DNA from: Tubiluchus corallicola
Taxonomy: Eukaryota > Animalia > Priapulida
Reading direction: 5' to 3'
NCBI GenBank assembly: GCA_030141605.1
Contig: JAQGDQ010000734.1
Location: forward strand, 41,540 to 105,539
Length of the DNA stretch: 64,000 nucleotides
Below the pieces are notes generated by a model. That model was not told the DNA's origin. It did not search any database and saw only the letters and a list, made by a program, of their open reading frames with translations. This document shows positions 25,501 to 34,679 of this stretch, piece after piece. Numbering within the stretch: the stretch's first letter is position 1; each line of letters opens with the position of its first letter. A program made the translations under genes and the position numbers.

Positions 25501-28500
25501 AATCCTTTAATATCTTTCGCAAATATTGAAATAAACCTAACTTCCCAGAATGCTTGACTTTTCCTTTAACTACCTTATGTTGTTGTGTGATTACCCTAGT
25601 TGCTTTACTTACTGTATCATTGTTGTCATTCTGCTTCCTATGTCCCGTTGACCTGAACCTATGCTTAATTGCATTGTTTGCCAACCCATCTGATTGTCTG
25701 TTCGATTTGTTTACCAATATTATTGTTTAATTGTTTACCTTGTTTATTTATGCTTTATTTACCTCTGCTTTATTTGTTTGCCATTTGTTTTTAGCTCCTA
25801 ATTTAATATCTACCATCGAGGAAGGAGGCGAAGAAGGTATCACTGTTAGCTGATTGCCTGCGTAGATATGCGCAACGTTAGAACTAGTGGCAATGCTGCT
25901 GCCCTCTATGAGTTGGCATTGGTACTATTTCTGATGTCGCGCTCGTCTTGAGATATTAACCGGAGAGTTTTGTTTGTTGAATTTGCAAAGAGAATTAACA
26001 AATACGGATTGTGTCATCAAGTTTTGGCAGATCGATGATAATTCTGAACGTTAATGCGGCTCGTGAGTGTGTCTGTGCGAGTGTGTGTGTGTGCATGTGT
26101 GTGTGTGTGCGTGTGTTGACTGGTGGTTCTTTGCTTGTTAATTTAACTGCTACAGCTAACATTTCCAGGCACAATTACTTGATAAAGCTGAGTCAGCGCC
26201 TGTAGAGAAGATGCATCTTTTCCACAGTTTATAGTTCTAACAGTGTCGTTTGTAGAAAGAAACGGCACAATTTCGTTGCTTGCAGATGCTCTTTGTAAAA
26301 CTACTAGCAATTCCAATTTGTTCATATCACCTTAGCTGCAGGGGGGGGGGGTGTTCCTACCCCGCTTGGTTCCAAATGCTCCTTCTTGATTATAAATACA
26401 TTTACCGCTGTTAGATTGTCGCTCAGAAATTTTTGCCAGAATTTTTTTTTATTCTTCGGTGGTTTTATTTAGACAAATTTATTGCTTTAAGAAAAGTATT
26501 TTATATGTTCAGTTTGTTCACACTGCTTAAGGGCAATAGTCATCTCAGTGCTTCTCTTTTATTTCCTCTCTGTGTTATAATCTTTTAACTATATTGTATA
26601 TTTACATATTCATTTCTAGCTTTTGGCTTTAGCTATTATCAAAACTATTCTTATAACTTTGCTTTTATTGTTCTGTCAAACTTTTGTTGCCATTTCAATG
26701 TTTTTACTCGAAAATATTCATGCAGTTGGTAGCAGCGTGGCTCGTTTGATCAACACGGGGAAACTGAGATCACTTTACACTACTGTTAGACGTGATCAGG
26801 GCTCGTTTGATTGACACAGGGAAACTGAGATCACTTTACACTACTGTTAGACGTGATCAGGGCTTGTTTGGTCAACACGGGAAACTGAGATCACTTTACA
26901 CTACTGTTAGACGTGATCAGGGCTCGTTTGATTGACACAGGGAAACTGAGATCACTTTACACTACTGTTAGACGTGATCAGGGCTTGTTTGGTCAACACG
27001 GGAAACTGAGATCACTTTACACTACTGTTAGACGTGATCAGGGCTTGTTTGGTCAACCTGGGGAAACTGAGATCACTTTACACTACTGTTAGACGTGATC
27101 AGGGCTCGTTTGATCAACACGGGGAAACTGAGATCACTTTACACTACTGTTAGACGTGATCAGGGCTCGTTTGATCAGCACGGGGAAACTGAGATCACTT
27201 TACACTACTGTTAGATGTGATCAGGGGTCGTTTGATCAGCCTGGGGAAACTGAGATCACTTTACACTACTGTTAGACGTGATCAGGGCTTGTTTGGTCAA
27301 CACGGGAAACTGAGATCACTTTACACTACTGTTAGACGTGATCAGGGCTTGTTTGGTCAACACGGGAAACTGAGATCACTTTACACTACTGTTAGACGTG
27401 ATCAGAGGTCGTGGTGGGCGGGATGGTTGAATTCATCAATACATTTGCATTGAACGATGATAGCTTTCCCATCCCTTAATGTTTTCTATACTTTTTAATA
27501 ACCTTGTTATTGTAGTTGGACAGAGACATTGTAGTACAGTGTTCCCTCGCTACTTCGCGGTTTGTTTATCACGCACTCGCTGTTTCACGGGTTTCCAAAA
27601 ATATTAATGTAAATATTTATAGCGGTATTTTCACTGCTTCGCGGGTTTTTGCGGCACTCCGTCTAGAGTATTTTTCCACATGCGTAGTACGTATTGTACA
27701 GTGAGGTATAGATATGATGAATTTTGCATTAAAAATCACAAAATGTATAAAAATATATTAAAAATATTAATTCTAACATTAAAAGAATATTATTAATCAT
27801 AAAAAATTACCATTTACAGTAAATAGTGTATTTATTCGACGGATGAATACACACCAAAAACGAAATGTAGTACTTGCGCCCGCTTGAGATGCTACTTGCT
27901 GACGTGAAATAAGTATAGCGTCCCTACTTCGCGGAAATTCACTTATTGCGGGTGGGCCTGGAATGGAGCACCCGCGATAAGTGAGGGAACACTGTATGTT
28001 GTTATTATTTACCTACATTTATTACCAGTTGTTTACAGTTTCCGTCACTATGTTTCTCATATTCCTTTTGTTCCTTTTCCAGCTTCCACTGCCTCTTCAC
28101 TTGATCCTGTGATTGTGGTTTCCGGTAATAATAAATTAGCCTAAAGTTTGTTTTAATTGGAACGCTTAACAATCTTACTGAAGCATCTGCCATACTTATA
28201 ATTTTGAAGTTTTTTCTGAAATTTCACAGATCAGTTTTTGATTGTTATTATTTGTCTTGAGAACTTTAGATCTGTTGTTGTTGATTTTTTCAGTTAATGA
28301 GTTGTCTAATTAATCAGCTAATCGTTATTGATTTTCTTGAAGATGAAAGTATTTTGTCGCATCATATGCAAATTTTACAATTTTTCTTGTTGTCATTATG
28401 GCACATTTTTCTTGTTATCATTATGGCACATTTTTCTTGTTATCATTATTACGCGTTCAGACTAGCAAGTCTTCTTGTCTAGTAAACTTGTTAAGTAATT

Positions 28501-31500
28501 TGTAAGAGTGTTCAGATTAAACAGCAAAACTTGCTGTTAGAATCTCTGCTCTCCAGGATTGAGTGAGAGCTCTGAAATGTACTTCTCTATTCACTGCGAG
28601 GAAAGTTGTGACTCTCTGAGGCATTGATGCTAAACAGGAAATCGACTCGCAACAACTGCCAGACACTTTGCAGTAACTTACCGACAGTAACAACAACTGC
28701 CAGACACTTTGCAGTAACTTACCGACAGTAACAACAACTGCCAGACGCTTTGCAGTAACTTACCGACAGTAACAACAACTGCCAGACACTTTGCAGTAAC
28801 TTACCGACAGTAACTTGCTAGGCAGTTCACGCTCGTGAGTTTATTGTCAGAGAGAAAAATAACGACAGAAAACTGGCTAGTCTGAACATGTCATTAATTC
28901 AAAGCAAATATTTTGAGATCAACTTCCAAATACGGGAAATTTTACTTACGTCATAAACATACCAGCGGGTTTTTTTTCTTTCCGGAGATGCGACAGTTTG
29001 ATTCTGAGGATTGTATAAATTTTACTAATGCTTTTTTTCAATAATTATAACAGTTTGAAATGCTGTTTTGATGTTACACAAGTTTAACATTGTTACATAA
29101 TTTGCTTTGTTAGCTAACTGGTACAATTTTGTCGTTAATTAAGCTTTCATTGTTATAACACTCCATTCTTTACATATTTTGCTATGATCACTAATCATAC
29201 TGCTTATTTCTCATCTCTGAATTTTATCTTTTTTTTACCGTGAATTATTCGCCGCTGACGGTGTTGCCATCTTGGAATGACTTTATGGTAAGCGCTGCGT
29301 GTGGTGCCATCTAGTAGTGTTATTTAGCACAAAACGCTTGCTTCTTTATTGCATATCTCCTTGTTACGTTTCTCATGCATGCGTGTGTCTCAAAACTGAC
29401 CACTGGTCATATCTCTGCAGCTGTTATCGATTAGCTATGTTTGGGCATTTGTTGTTTCTTGTGCGCATGCTCACAGCTCGGTCGAAACCTCCTTTGTTCA
29501 AACAACTTTGATTATCCAATTTAATGAGCAATAGCGTATTGTTTCTTAAGGTACATTCACACAGGTACACTTGCCACTACTAGTAGTCACAAGTTTTTAA
29601 TTCATTATTAATTCGGCAATTTTGTTAATTGTGACATTCGCTGGTGAAATTTGCTCATTTCAACTATCATTTTAAGTATTCTATGAAATACTTGCGTTTT
29701 TTCTGTATGATTTTCATTCTTGTGTGTGTGTGAATGTACCTTTAGTACGAAACTGCAGCCAGTGTTAAGCTTCTGTGTCAACATTTGTTACGTTGCATGT
29801 GACTGTTACGATACACTGCCTGTGTTACTTGTATTGCTGTAGTTATAGCTGTAACTGGTGCAGTTATATGAAGCTTGTATAGTTCTCGCATTAGTGAATC
29901 AGTAACTGCTGGAATGAGTATTTGTTGTGTTACTTTATATAGCATGTTGCATGTTCTCGTGTGTTGCACACTGGATATAACCGTGTGTTGCACACTGAAT
30001 ATAACGGTGTGTTGCATGTATAAGCTGTTTGTGCACGTATGTTTGGAAGTATGAATGATTATTCAATATTTAATTTGGCAAAAATTACAGTCGTGTGATG
30101 GTGAGTCGAGCATCTGAACATACATTTACCCTGCTAGAACATATGTATACCTTGCTGGAACATATGTATACCTTGCTGGAACATATGTATACCTTGCTGG
30201 AACATATGTATACCTTGCTGGAACATATGTATACCTTGCTGAAACATATGTATACCTTACCAGAACGCCTGTTAATTAACACAACTTTACCTGACTGTAG
30301 TCGTTAACAGATAAGGTACTTTAGTTGTGCTAATCAGTCGCAAATATTTGCCTGAAATTCCCGCAGCGTGTCCCGAGGCATGCATAATTGAAGAAGCCAA
30401 GCCTTTAAGCCTCTGGGCTTCCTACTATAAATAAACCGTTCAGCTGTGCTACCAGCTGTGGCCAAACTCATAAACATATTTCCACAGTGGAATGAAACTG
30501 TGTCTGCAAGTGTGCAGCTTGTGCAGTGTTCAGATTCTTGCTCTCAGTTTACAGTGTTGCCGTGTGCTTGTTTAGTGGCTGTTTTACAAGACGGTGCTGC
30601 ATCATGGCTGAAGAATTGCCTGGTTTGTTCATGTCATTTGTGCTAAGTGATGCATAATGTACAGGCCAGTCGTACGCTTTTCTGGGCGTGCATTGGACGC
30701 ATGATAAATATTTATGCTGTGCTTTTGGCACAAGATGAAGAGTTTTCGAACTTAAAATATGAGAGTTGTTCTAAAACTTCCGTCTTTAACATACAAAACG
30801 TTGAATGTCTTTTATAGTCTCAATAGATGATCTATTTATTTCGGGAGATTTAGCCCTAATGGGCCTCATCAGCTGAAAATTACAGGTAAAATATTTATCA
30901 AGTGTGTTCCAGTGTGAAGCAAGAACGTTCTAAGCAAAAATAACAGATAAACATCATTGGTTTGAAATATAATAAGCTAGAGAAAGAATAAAAATGACCT
31001 AATTTAACCTTTCTTTAAATAATTTAAATCAATGATATTTAGCAGTTCTTTTTGCTTTTAGTATTCTTATTTTACACTGATACATTCTGTTTAAACATTT
31101 TACTTCTAATGTTTCAAGTGATGAGGCCAGTTAGGAGCTCCTAATAAGAAATAAATAATGTTTTGAGACCTTAAATGATATTCAGTGTTTTTTTATGTTA
31201 TCAGATTTCCTAAAGTTGCTAGAACCTTTTGTCAGAGTTTTTAACAGTTTTTTCCAAACTGTAATACTAGACTACATTTACTATTTACACATACTATATT
31301 GATGCTAGGATATTTGCTGCACTGCTAGACTAATTATCAACAGAAATTACAGGCAATGCAGTTAAAAGTTTCTAATGAGTTTCAAAACTATTCCATTTAG
31401 ATGCTTGCAGCTGCTGTAGTTCCGACAAGAACTGTGACATGGTTCTAGCAATTCTTACTTTGTAAAATTGTCAAACTGGGCGTTAAGCGGGTTTGGCACT

Positions 31501-34500
31501 ATAAAAAGGGTAGCTGAACGTTATAAAGAGGTTTCGTTATTATGCCACTTTGAAAGCTTGCATTTCCCAATGATGTAATGTATTATTGAAAGCTCATACT
31601 TCACTGCAATGTTTGCACTTTCTAATAATACATTATTGAACATTATTAGCACATTGGCTTGGTGCATTAGACGTGCGCATATCCTATCTGTATGCTGTCT
31701 TTATTTATAGGTGCTTTGTGCTGCTTTACTTAAAAATTGTGTAGAAAATTTTTTGTGAATATTTTCCATCGACGTTAAATTTTAAAATTCGTAATTTGTA
31801 AACAATTATAATAAGCACTGCATAAGTTTAATGGAAAAACGTTAAGATTTGTTTATTGCTCGTTATAAATGATTACTGTAATTAGTTACAACTTGTATTA
31901 AGTTAAAAAATGCTTCTGTAACTGCACTGTTCGTTCGTTATGAGTGTCATTTTGAACGTGCTAAATATTGTTGATTAGTTGATCAAATTTTACTGATTAA
32001 ATTTTAGGGGAGTTTCATCTGACCTGTTTTTTTTCTTCTGCATTTTAGCTCCTTCTGATGGTTCAGATTTCACGACGGCCGGATGGTTTATTGGAATGAT
32101 GATCGCCATAGTGATTCTCATCCTCATCCTCATCATCATCTGCTTGATCAGAAGAAATCGTGGTGGCAAGTACCCAGGTAAACGCCTGCGTTCACACCCG
32201 TCATTGTAAACTTTAATCTACGACTTTTCCAACTTAAGTCGGTATTTACTAGAAAAGGTTTTCCAGTGGATTGCTAATCCCTGATTCATTCTAAAACTGG
32301 ATAGATAAAATTAATATTTTGTGGAGTAAATGGTACTGGTATTCCCCTGGAAGAATCCCTTAAGAATAATAGATTCAATATCAGTCAAGGGGAGGCAGAG
32401 CGATTTCATCTCGAGGCAGAATAATGCCCAATTTGTTATGAGCCATCGGCCAAGTGCGGCATTGATCTCTCGTATTTTGATGTATTAAATCTCTTGAAAC
32501 TAAATTAAAAATGATTTGTGATATCAGAAATACAGTTATGAACCTATCTGAGCTTCACTAAAGCAATACTAAGTTGAAACAACGAGGTTAATGAGGAAGT
32601 CAAATCATATGTATGCGACTCATTAAGTTTAATTATTGCAAAAACATTTTGCATGTTTCACAGTTAAGCAGGTAGATGCTATTTTGAACAGACTTGCTTG
32701 CAAACGTTTTCTAGTTTGCTATTATTAGTGTCCAAGGCAATACTGACCGACGGAGTTACTATAGTAATGATAATAAAGTATTTATGTAGTTCATCGCATC
32801 GCGTAATCTAGATGCACTTTACCAATTAAAAGTTAGTTATAACTTAAAATTACATGTGCTGTCATTATAAAATTAATCATTCACAAAACCATACTAATTG
32901 TAATTGTAATTGCAGTAAAATTGATTTTAAAAGCAATCATAAAATTGTGACAACATGCTCTACTCTAATGTACAGATAAGGCTGAGGATAGTGCTGCCTA
33001 AATAGGTGTGCTTTAAGTGCTTTTAAACATTTTGTAATGTTGGCAGTTGACGCAAATTACTCCACAATCGTGGAGCAATGGACGCAAAGACACGGTGGCC
33101 CAAACAGACAGTTACGGACCAGTTTAGTAAACTGTTTCATAAACAGCTACTTTCAGTGTGCAGAGACTATTGCTTTGTACTGTGTCACTATTCATTAATG
33201 CTTCTATTGACCTTATTGCAGTTCAAGAGAAGGAAGCAGCTTTGGGAAAGGATCCGGAAAAGGCAGATGAGGACGGTGGATTCCCGGAATATAGCAAGCC
33301 GTAAGTTGGGCGTACTTTGTGGGACTGATAGCTGCTCATGTTAATTTACTACATTAGGCTGTTTCACACTTTTGTGCAATTTTGATTTTGGTGCTTTTTT
33401 GTTCCATTTGTTCTTCTGATTAGTTCTGTAATTTCTAGAACAATAATTAGCCTGACTACCCAGATGCCTCGTCGGCTTTACATAATTAAAAGGTACAATA
33501 AGATCACACAGCTATAAAACTGTTATGTTATACAACTAAAAGCAAATTAAGTCAAACTACCATATTTTACAGAAACAACCAAAATTTATTGATTATGAGC
33601 AACCAAAAGCTGGTGAAAATAATAAAAGTGTTTTATTTGAGGTTTAAATCATGGACGTGATAGAGAATATCTTCCAAAGTTGCTACTACTTTGTTTCATT
33701 ACTTGTTACTCTGGCCCTGCTTTTCTGTTTACCATTCAGGAGATTTTTATTGGTTGTCCTGTCGTTGCTGTGAATCTGATTGGTTGTTTATAATAATAAT
33801 AAATAATTTATTATTGCATAGCAAAATCGTCCATAAGTCGGCAATTAAGTTTTTCTAGTCCGAATTTGCTGATTGTCCATATTACTGATACTAAGCTAAT
33901 TCAGTAAGGGCCATGTATTAGACTCACGATAATGTAGAATGAATTATCTATTGATTTCTAATATATAGCCTAATTATCTCGAAAACTTCTAGTGCGGGCG
34001 ACTCCTATGCAAACTGTCGGTAATTAACTTAAATAATCCTGTATAAATGACTCTACGTTTTTTCTCTACATGCTTAAATACGATACATTTGTTCTGACCA
34101 ATGAGCTTTTATACTATTTTTTCGTCGACTTCGCGTTTGTGCTCTGTAAAATATCTAGAAACAATCTTGTTAAGTACAGCATCGTTACATGGTACTTGGT
34201 CACACCGATGTAATGATGTAAACAACGTGACGGCCCATCAGCTAGCGGTCAGCTCGCGAAACAACGGAGTTTTTAACGGTCTAGGTTTTGTCCGATTCTT
34301 CAGATATCCATAGAAGCGATGTCTGGCAAACTGAGATAAGAGTGCAATTCTAATACTTTTTGCTTGTTTCTTTAATGATTTTTTCTCAAACTGCCATGAA
34401 TTTGATTGGTTGTTTCTGCTATGGCAGTCACTGTGACCTGATTGGTTAATTTTATATTTCAGCGTAACTGACACACCCGAGCAAGGCAAGGGGTCACAGC

Positions 34501-34679
34501 CGTCGTTGAATTCTGACATGAAACCCATGGAGAGCGACACGGATTCGATGGCAGAGTACGGTGATGGCGAGGGTGGCAAATTCAACGAGGACGGGTCTTT
34601 CATCGGCCAGTACGGCGCCGACCAAAAGAAAAAGCTAGTGGACGCTGAGCAGCCATCAGCACTGTCCACGTTCGTGTAA
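577..34679 (+). CDS. L1CAM: L1CAM/neuroglian-family cell adhesion molecule (5'-partial, gene span, 21 exons in window)
   Basis: Phase-consistent GT-AG exon chain encoding Ig3-6, FnIII1-5, TM GWFIGMMIAIVILILILIIICLI-RRNRGGKY, and FNEDGSFIGQY, diagnostic of the L1 family. Confidence 0.96.
770..845 (-). mobile_element. tRNA-derived SINE head (degenerate)
   Basis: Minus strand has an A-box-like gattcagttgatc and B-box ggttcgagtcc; no intact cloverleaf. Confidence 0.45.
1294..1478 (+). CDS. L1CAM: L1CAM exon, Ig3 C-half
   Basis: PAPDVEWRR...DDAGMYECIG; cag|...|gtaag. Confidence 0.92.
1564..2031. repeat. 39-bp minisatellite, about 12 copies
   Basis: Unit ctgcctccgctgacgtaactggtggagtttatgactttt. 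Confidence 0.95.
2881..3018 (+). CDS. L1CAM: L1CAM exon, Ig4 N-half
   Basis: APYWVDEPEN...IKCEASGNPEPSYEFFKDG; ttttag|...|gtttg. Confidence 0.92.
3861..4019 (+). CDS. L1CAM: L1CAM exon, Ig4 C-half
   Basis: DTAVFQCKATNKHGYIWTNFYVNVL; gcag|...|gtaagt. Confidence 0.93.
5005..7358. repeat. 54-bp minisatellite, about 43 copies
   Basis: Unit gctgagtgtgaaaccgtggttttgtttctgtatgtgaatgtgctgtagacgtta; source of the 756-aa minus-strand ORF. Confidence 0.97.
7421..7581 (+). CDS. L1CAM: L1CAM exon, Ig5 N-half
   Basis: IPPKWMKKP...LHCETFGMPKSKVVWFKD; tttag|...|gtaag. Confidence 0.92.
7989..8109 (+). CDS. L1CAM: L1CAM exon, Ig5 C-half
   Basis: IMENGNLQINGVKFSDRGNYLCNASNTFG; acag|...|gtaagt. Confidence 0.93.
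8295..8575. repeat. (TTCA)n-type compound microsatellite
   Basis: Repeated ttca/ttta units. Confidence 0.9.
8899..9006 (+). CDS. L1CAM: L1CAM exon, Ig6 N-half
   Basis: KTVFEDVP...GENVEFKCSAKGD; gcag|...|gtaagt. Confidence 0.9.
9067..9414. repeat. 44-bp minisatellite, about 8 copies
   Basis: Unit ttggtaatttgaccggatagtcctttttgtttgaccatttgatt. Confidence 0.93.
9777..9998 (+). CDS. L1CAM: L1CAM exon, Ig6 C-half
   Basis: WQKDG...DVQYEDRGEYTCTV; ttcag|...|gtatgt. Confidence 0.92.
10885..11061 (+). CDS. L1CAM: L1CAM exon, FnIII-1
   Basis: PPDPPTDV...ITWEPGSDNDSPI; acag|...|gtacgt. Confidence 0.93.
11318..12208. repeat. 64-bp minisatellite with 192-bp higher-order period, about 14 monomers
   Basis: Three monomer variants recur in fixed order; ORF-track hits recur every 192 bp (11430, 11622, 11814, 12006). 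Confidence 0.93.
12600..12793 (+). CDS. L1CAM: L1CAM exon, FnIII-1/2
   Basis: LSPWAQYTFRIIARNEIGNSDPS...NLVISWD; ttcag|...|gtacgt. Confidence 0.94.
14058..14295 (+). CDS. L1CAM: L1CAM exon, FnIII-2
   Basis: EQNGPGFFYQVEY...GYSGED; phase-1 donor a|gtaagt. Confidence 0.93.
14622..14885 (-). mobile_element. Truncated pogo/Tigger-like MITE, inverted relative to the copy at 27537-27994
   Basis: cagtgttcccttacttatcgcggg... is the near reverse complement of the right part of the 27.5-kb element. Confidence 0.8.
15664..17984 (+). CDS. Ser/Thr-rich mucin-like ORF; candidate giant alternative exon of the L1CAM gene
   Basis: About 770 stop-free, largely non-tandem codons; tttttgtttttcag acceptor is in phase 1, matching the upstream donor at 14295; AATAAA at 18237-18242. 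Confidence 0.7.
19011..19135 (+). CDS. L1CAM: L1CAM exon, FnIII-3 N-half
   Basis: KPEVIPQEF...FAWKKV...KGAFVGYK; ccag|...|gtagg. Confidence 0.92.
19462..19516. repeat. (TA)n microsatellite
   Basis: Perfect TA run. Confidence 0.97.
19852..20038 (+). CDS. L1CAM: L1CAM exon, FnIII-3 C-half
   Basis: NLKPFSEV...YNGVYEGEPS...FETPEG; ttcag|...|gtaagg. Confidence 0.93.
20090..20240. repeat. Short composite repeat (aaaatagacatacagaattgt / aaacagacatacagcctggtg)
   Basis: About 3 copies of a roughly 52-bp dimer. Confidence 0.8.
20368..20492 (+). CDS. L1CAM: L1CAM exon, FnIII-4 N-half
   Basis: PGPVNGLQAYP...LEWQKPMEPNGNLTGYVIVY. Confidence 0.93.
20974..22153. repeat. 44-bp AT-rich minisatellite, about 27 copies
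   Basis: Unit ataattgtttgccatcaatttaattttgatctattttccttccc. Confidence 0.96.
22205..22345 (+). mobile_element. LINE (CR1/L2-like) 3' tail remnant
   Basis: ggcagactggatggccatttgg... followed by aataaa and a (tta)n tail. Confidence 0.4.
22548..22728 (+). CDS. L1CAM: L1CAM exon, FnIII-4 C-half
   Basis: LQADTMYRIMIRAQTKAGPGE; acag|...|gtaag. Confidence 0.93.
22836..23267. mobile_element. piggyBac-like MITE (432 bp)
   Basis: TTAA flanks at 22832-35 and 23268-71; 13-bp TIR ccctttca(t/g)tccc. Confidence 0.85.
23584..23703 (+). CDS. L1CAM: L1CAM exon, FnIII-5 N-half
   Basis: NDTTILLRWEQP...YYANYRKVG; ctag|...|gtgagt. Confidence 0.9.
24399..24557 (+). CDS. L1CAM: L1CAM exon, FnIII-5 C-half
   Basis: EEEWERS...SLEPGTKYEVQVVAVN; weak gaag acceptor, donor gtacgt. 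Confidence 0.88.
25795..25836 (+). CDS. L1CAM: Candidate 42-nt symmetric cassette exon of L1CAM (APNLISTIEEGGEE)
   Basis: Phase 1-1, tttttag|...g|gtatca, long AG-free pyrimidine tract upstream. Confidence 0.65.
26741..27405. repeat. 60-61-bp minisatellite, about 11 copies
   Basis: Unit core gggaaactgagatcactttacactactgttagacgtgatcagggc. Confidence 0.95.
27537..27994. mobile_element. pogo/Tigger-like (Tc1/mariner superfamily) MITE, 458 bp
   Basis: TA flanks on both sides; TIR cagtgttccctc...cgcgg. Confidence 0.88.
28651..28814. repeat. 41-bp tandem repeat, 4 copies
   Basis: Unit aacaactgccagacactttgcagtaacttaccgacagtaac. Confidence 0.93.
30115..30258. repeat. 21-bp tandem repeat, about 7 copies
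   Basis: Unit gaacatatgtataccttgctg. Confidence 0.92.
32049..32177 (+). CDS. L1CAM: L1CAM exon, transmembrane helix
   Basis: AGWFIGMMIAIVILILILIIICLIRRNRGGKYP. Confidence 0.96.
33222..33300 (+). CDS. L1CAM: L1CAM cytoplasmic exon
   Basis: VQEKEAALGKDPEKADEDGGFPEYSKP; gcag|...|gtaagt. Confidence 0.93.
34463..34679 (+). CDS. L1CAM: L1CAM last coding exon (FIGQY, PDZ-type STFV end)
   Basis: SDTDSMAEYGDGEGGKFNEDGSFIGQY...STFV*. Confidence 0.96.

Noticed and set aside
26741-27405. Regular 60-bp repeats resembling a CRISPR array
   Set aside because: Eukaryotic intron, the 'spacers' are near-identical variants, and there are no cas genes
29241-29293. Strong donor ATG|GTAAGC after a pyrimidine tract
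   Set aside because: No AG acceptor within about 145 nt upstream and no reading phase compatible with the TM exon
33301-34462. Search for an RSLE-equivalent microexon after EYSKP
   Set aside because: Acceptor-like sites at 33739 and 34303 give no frame-preserving exon with a good donor
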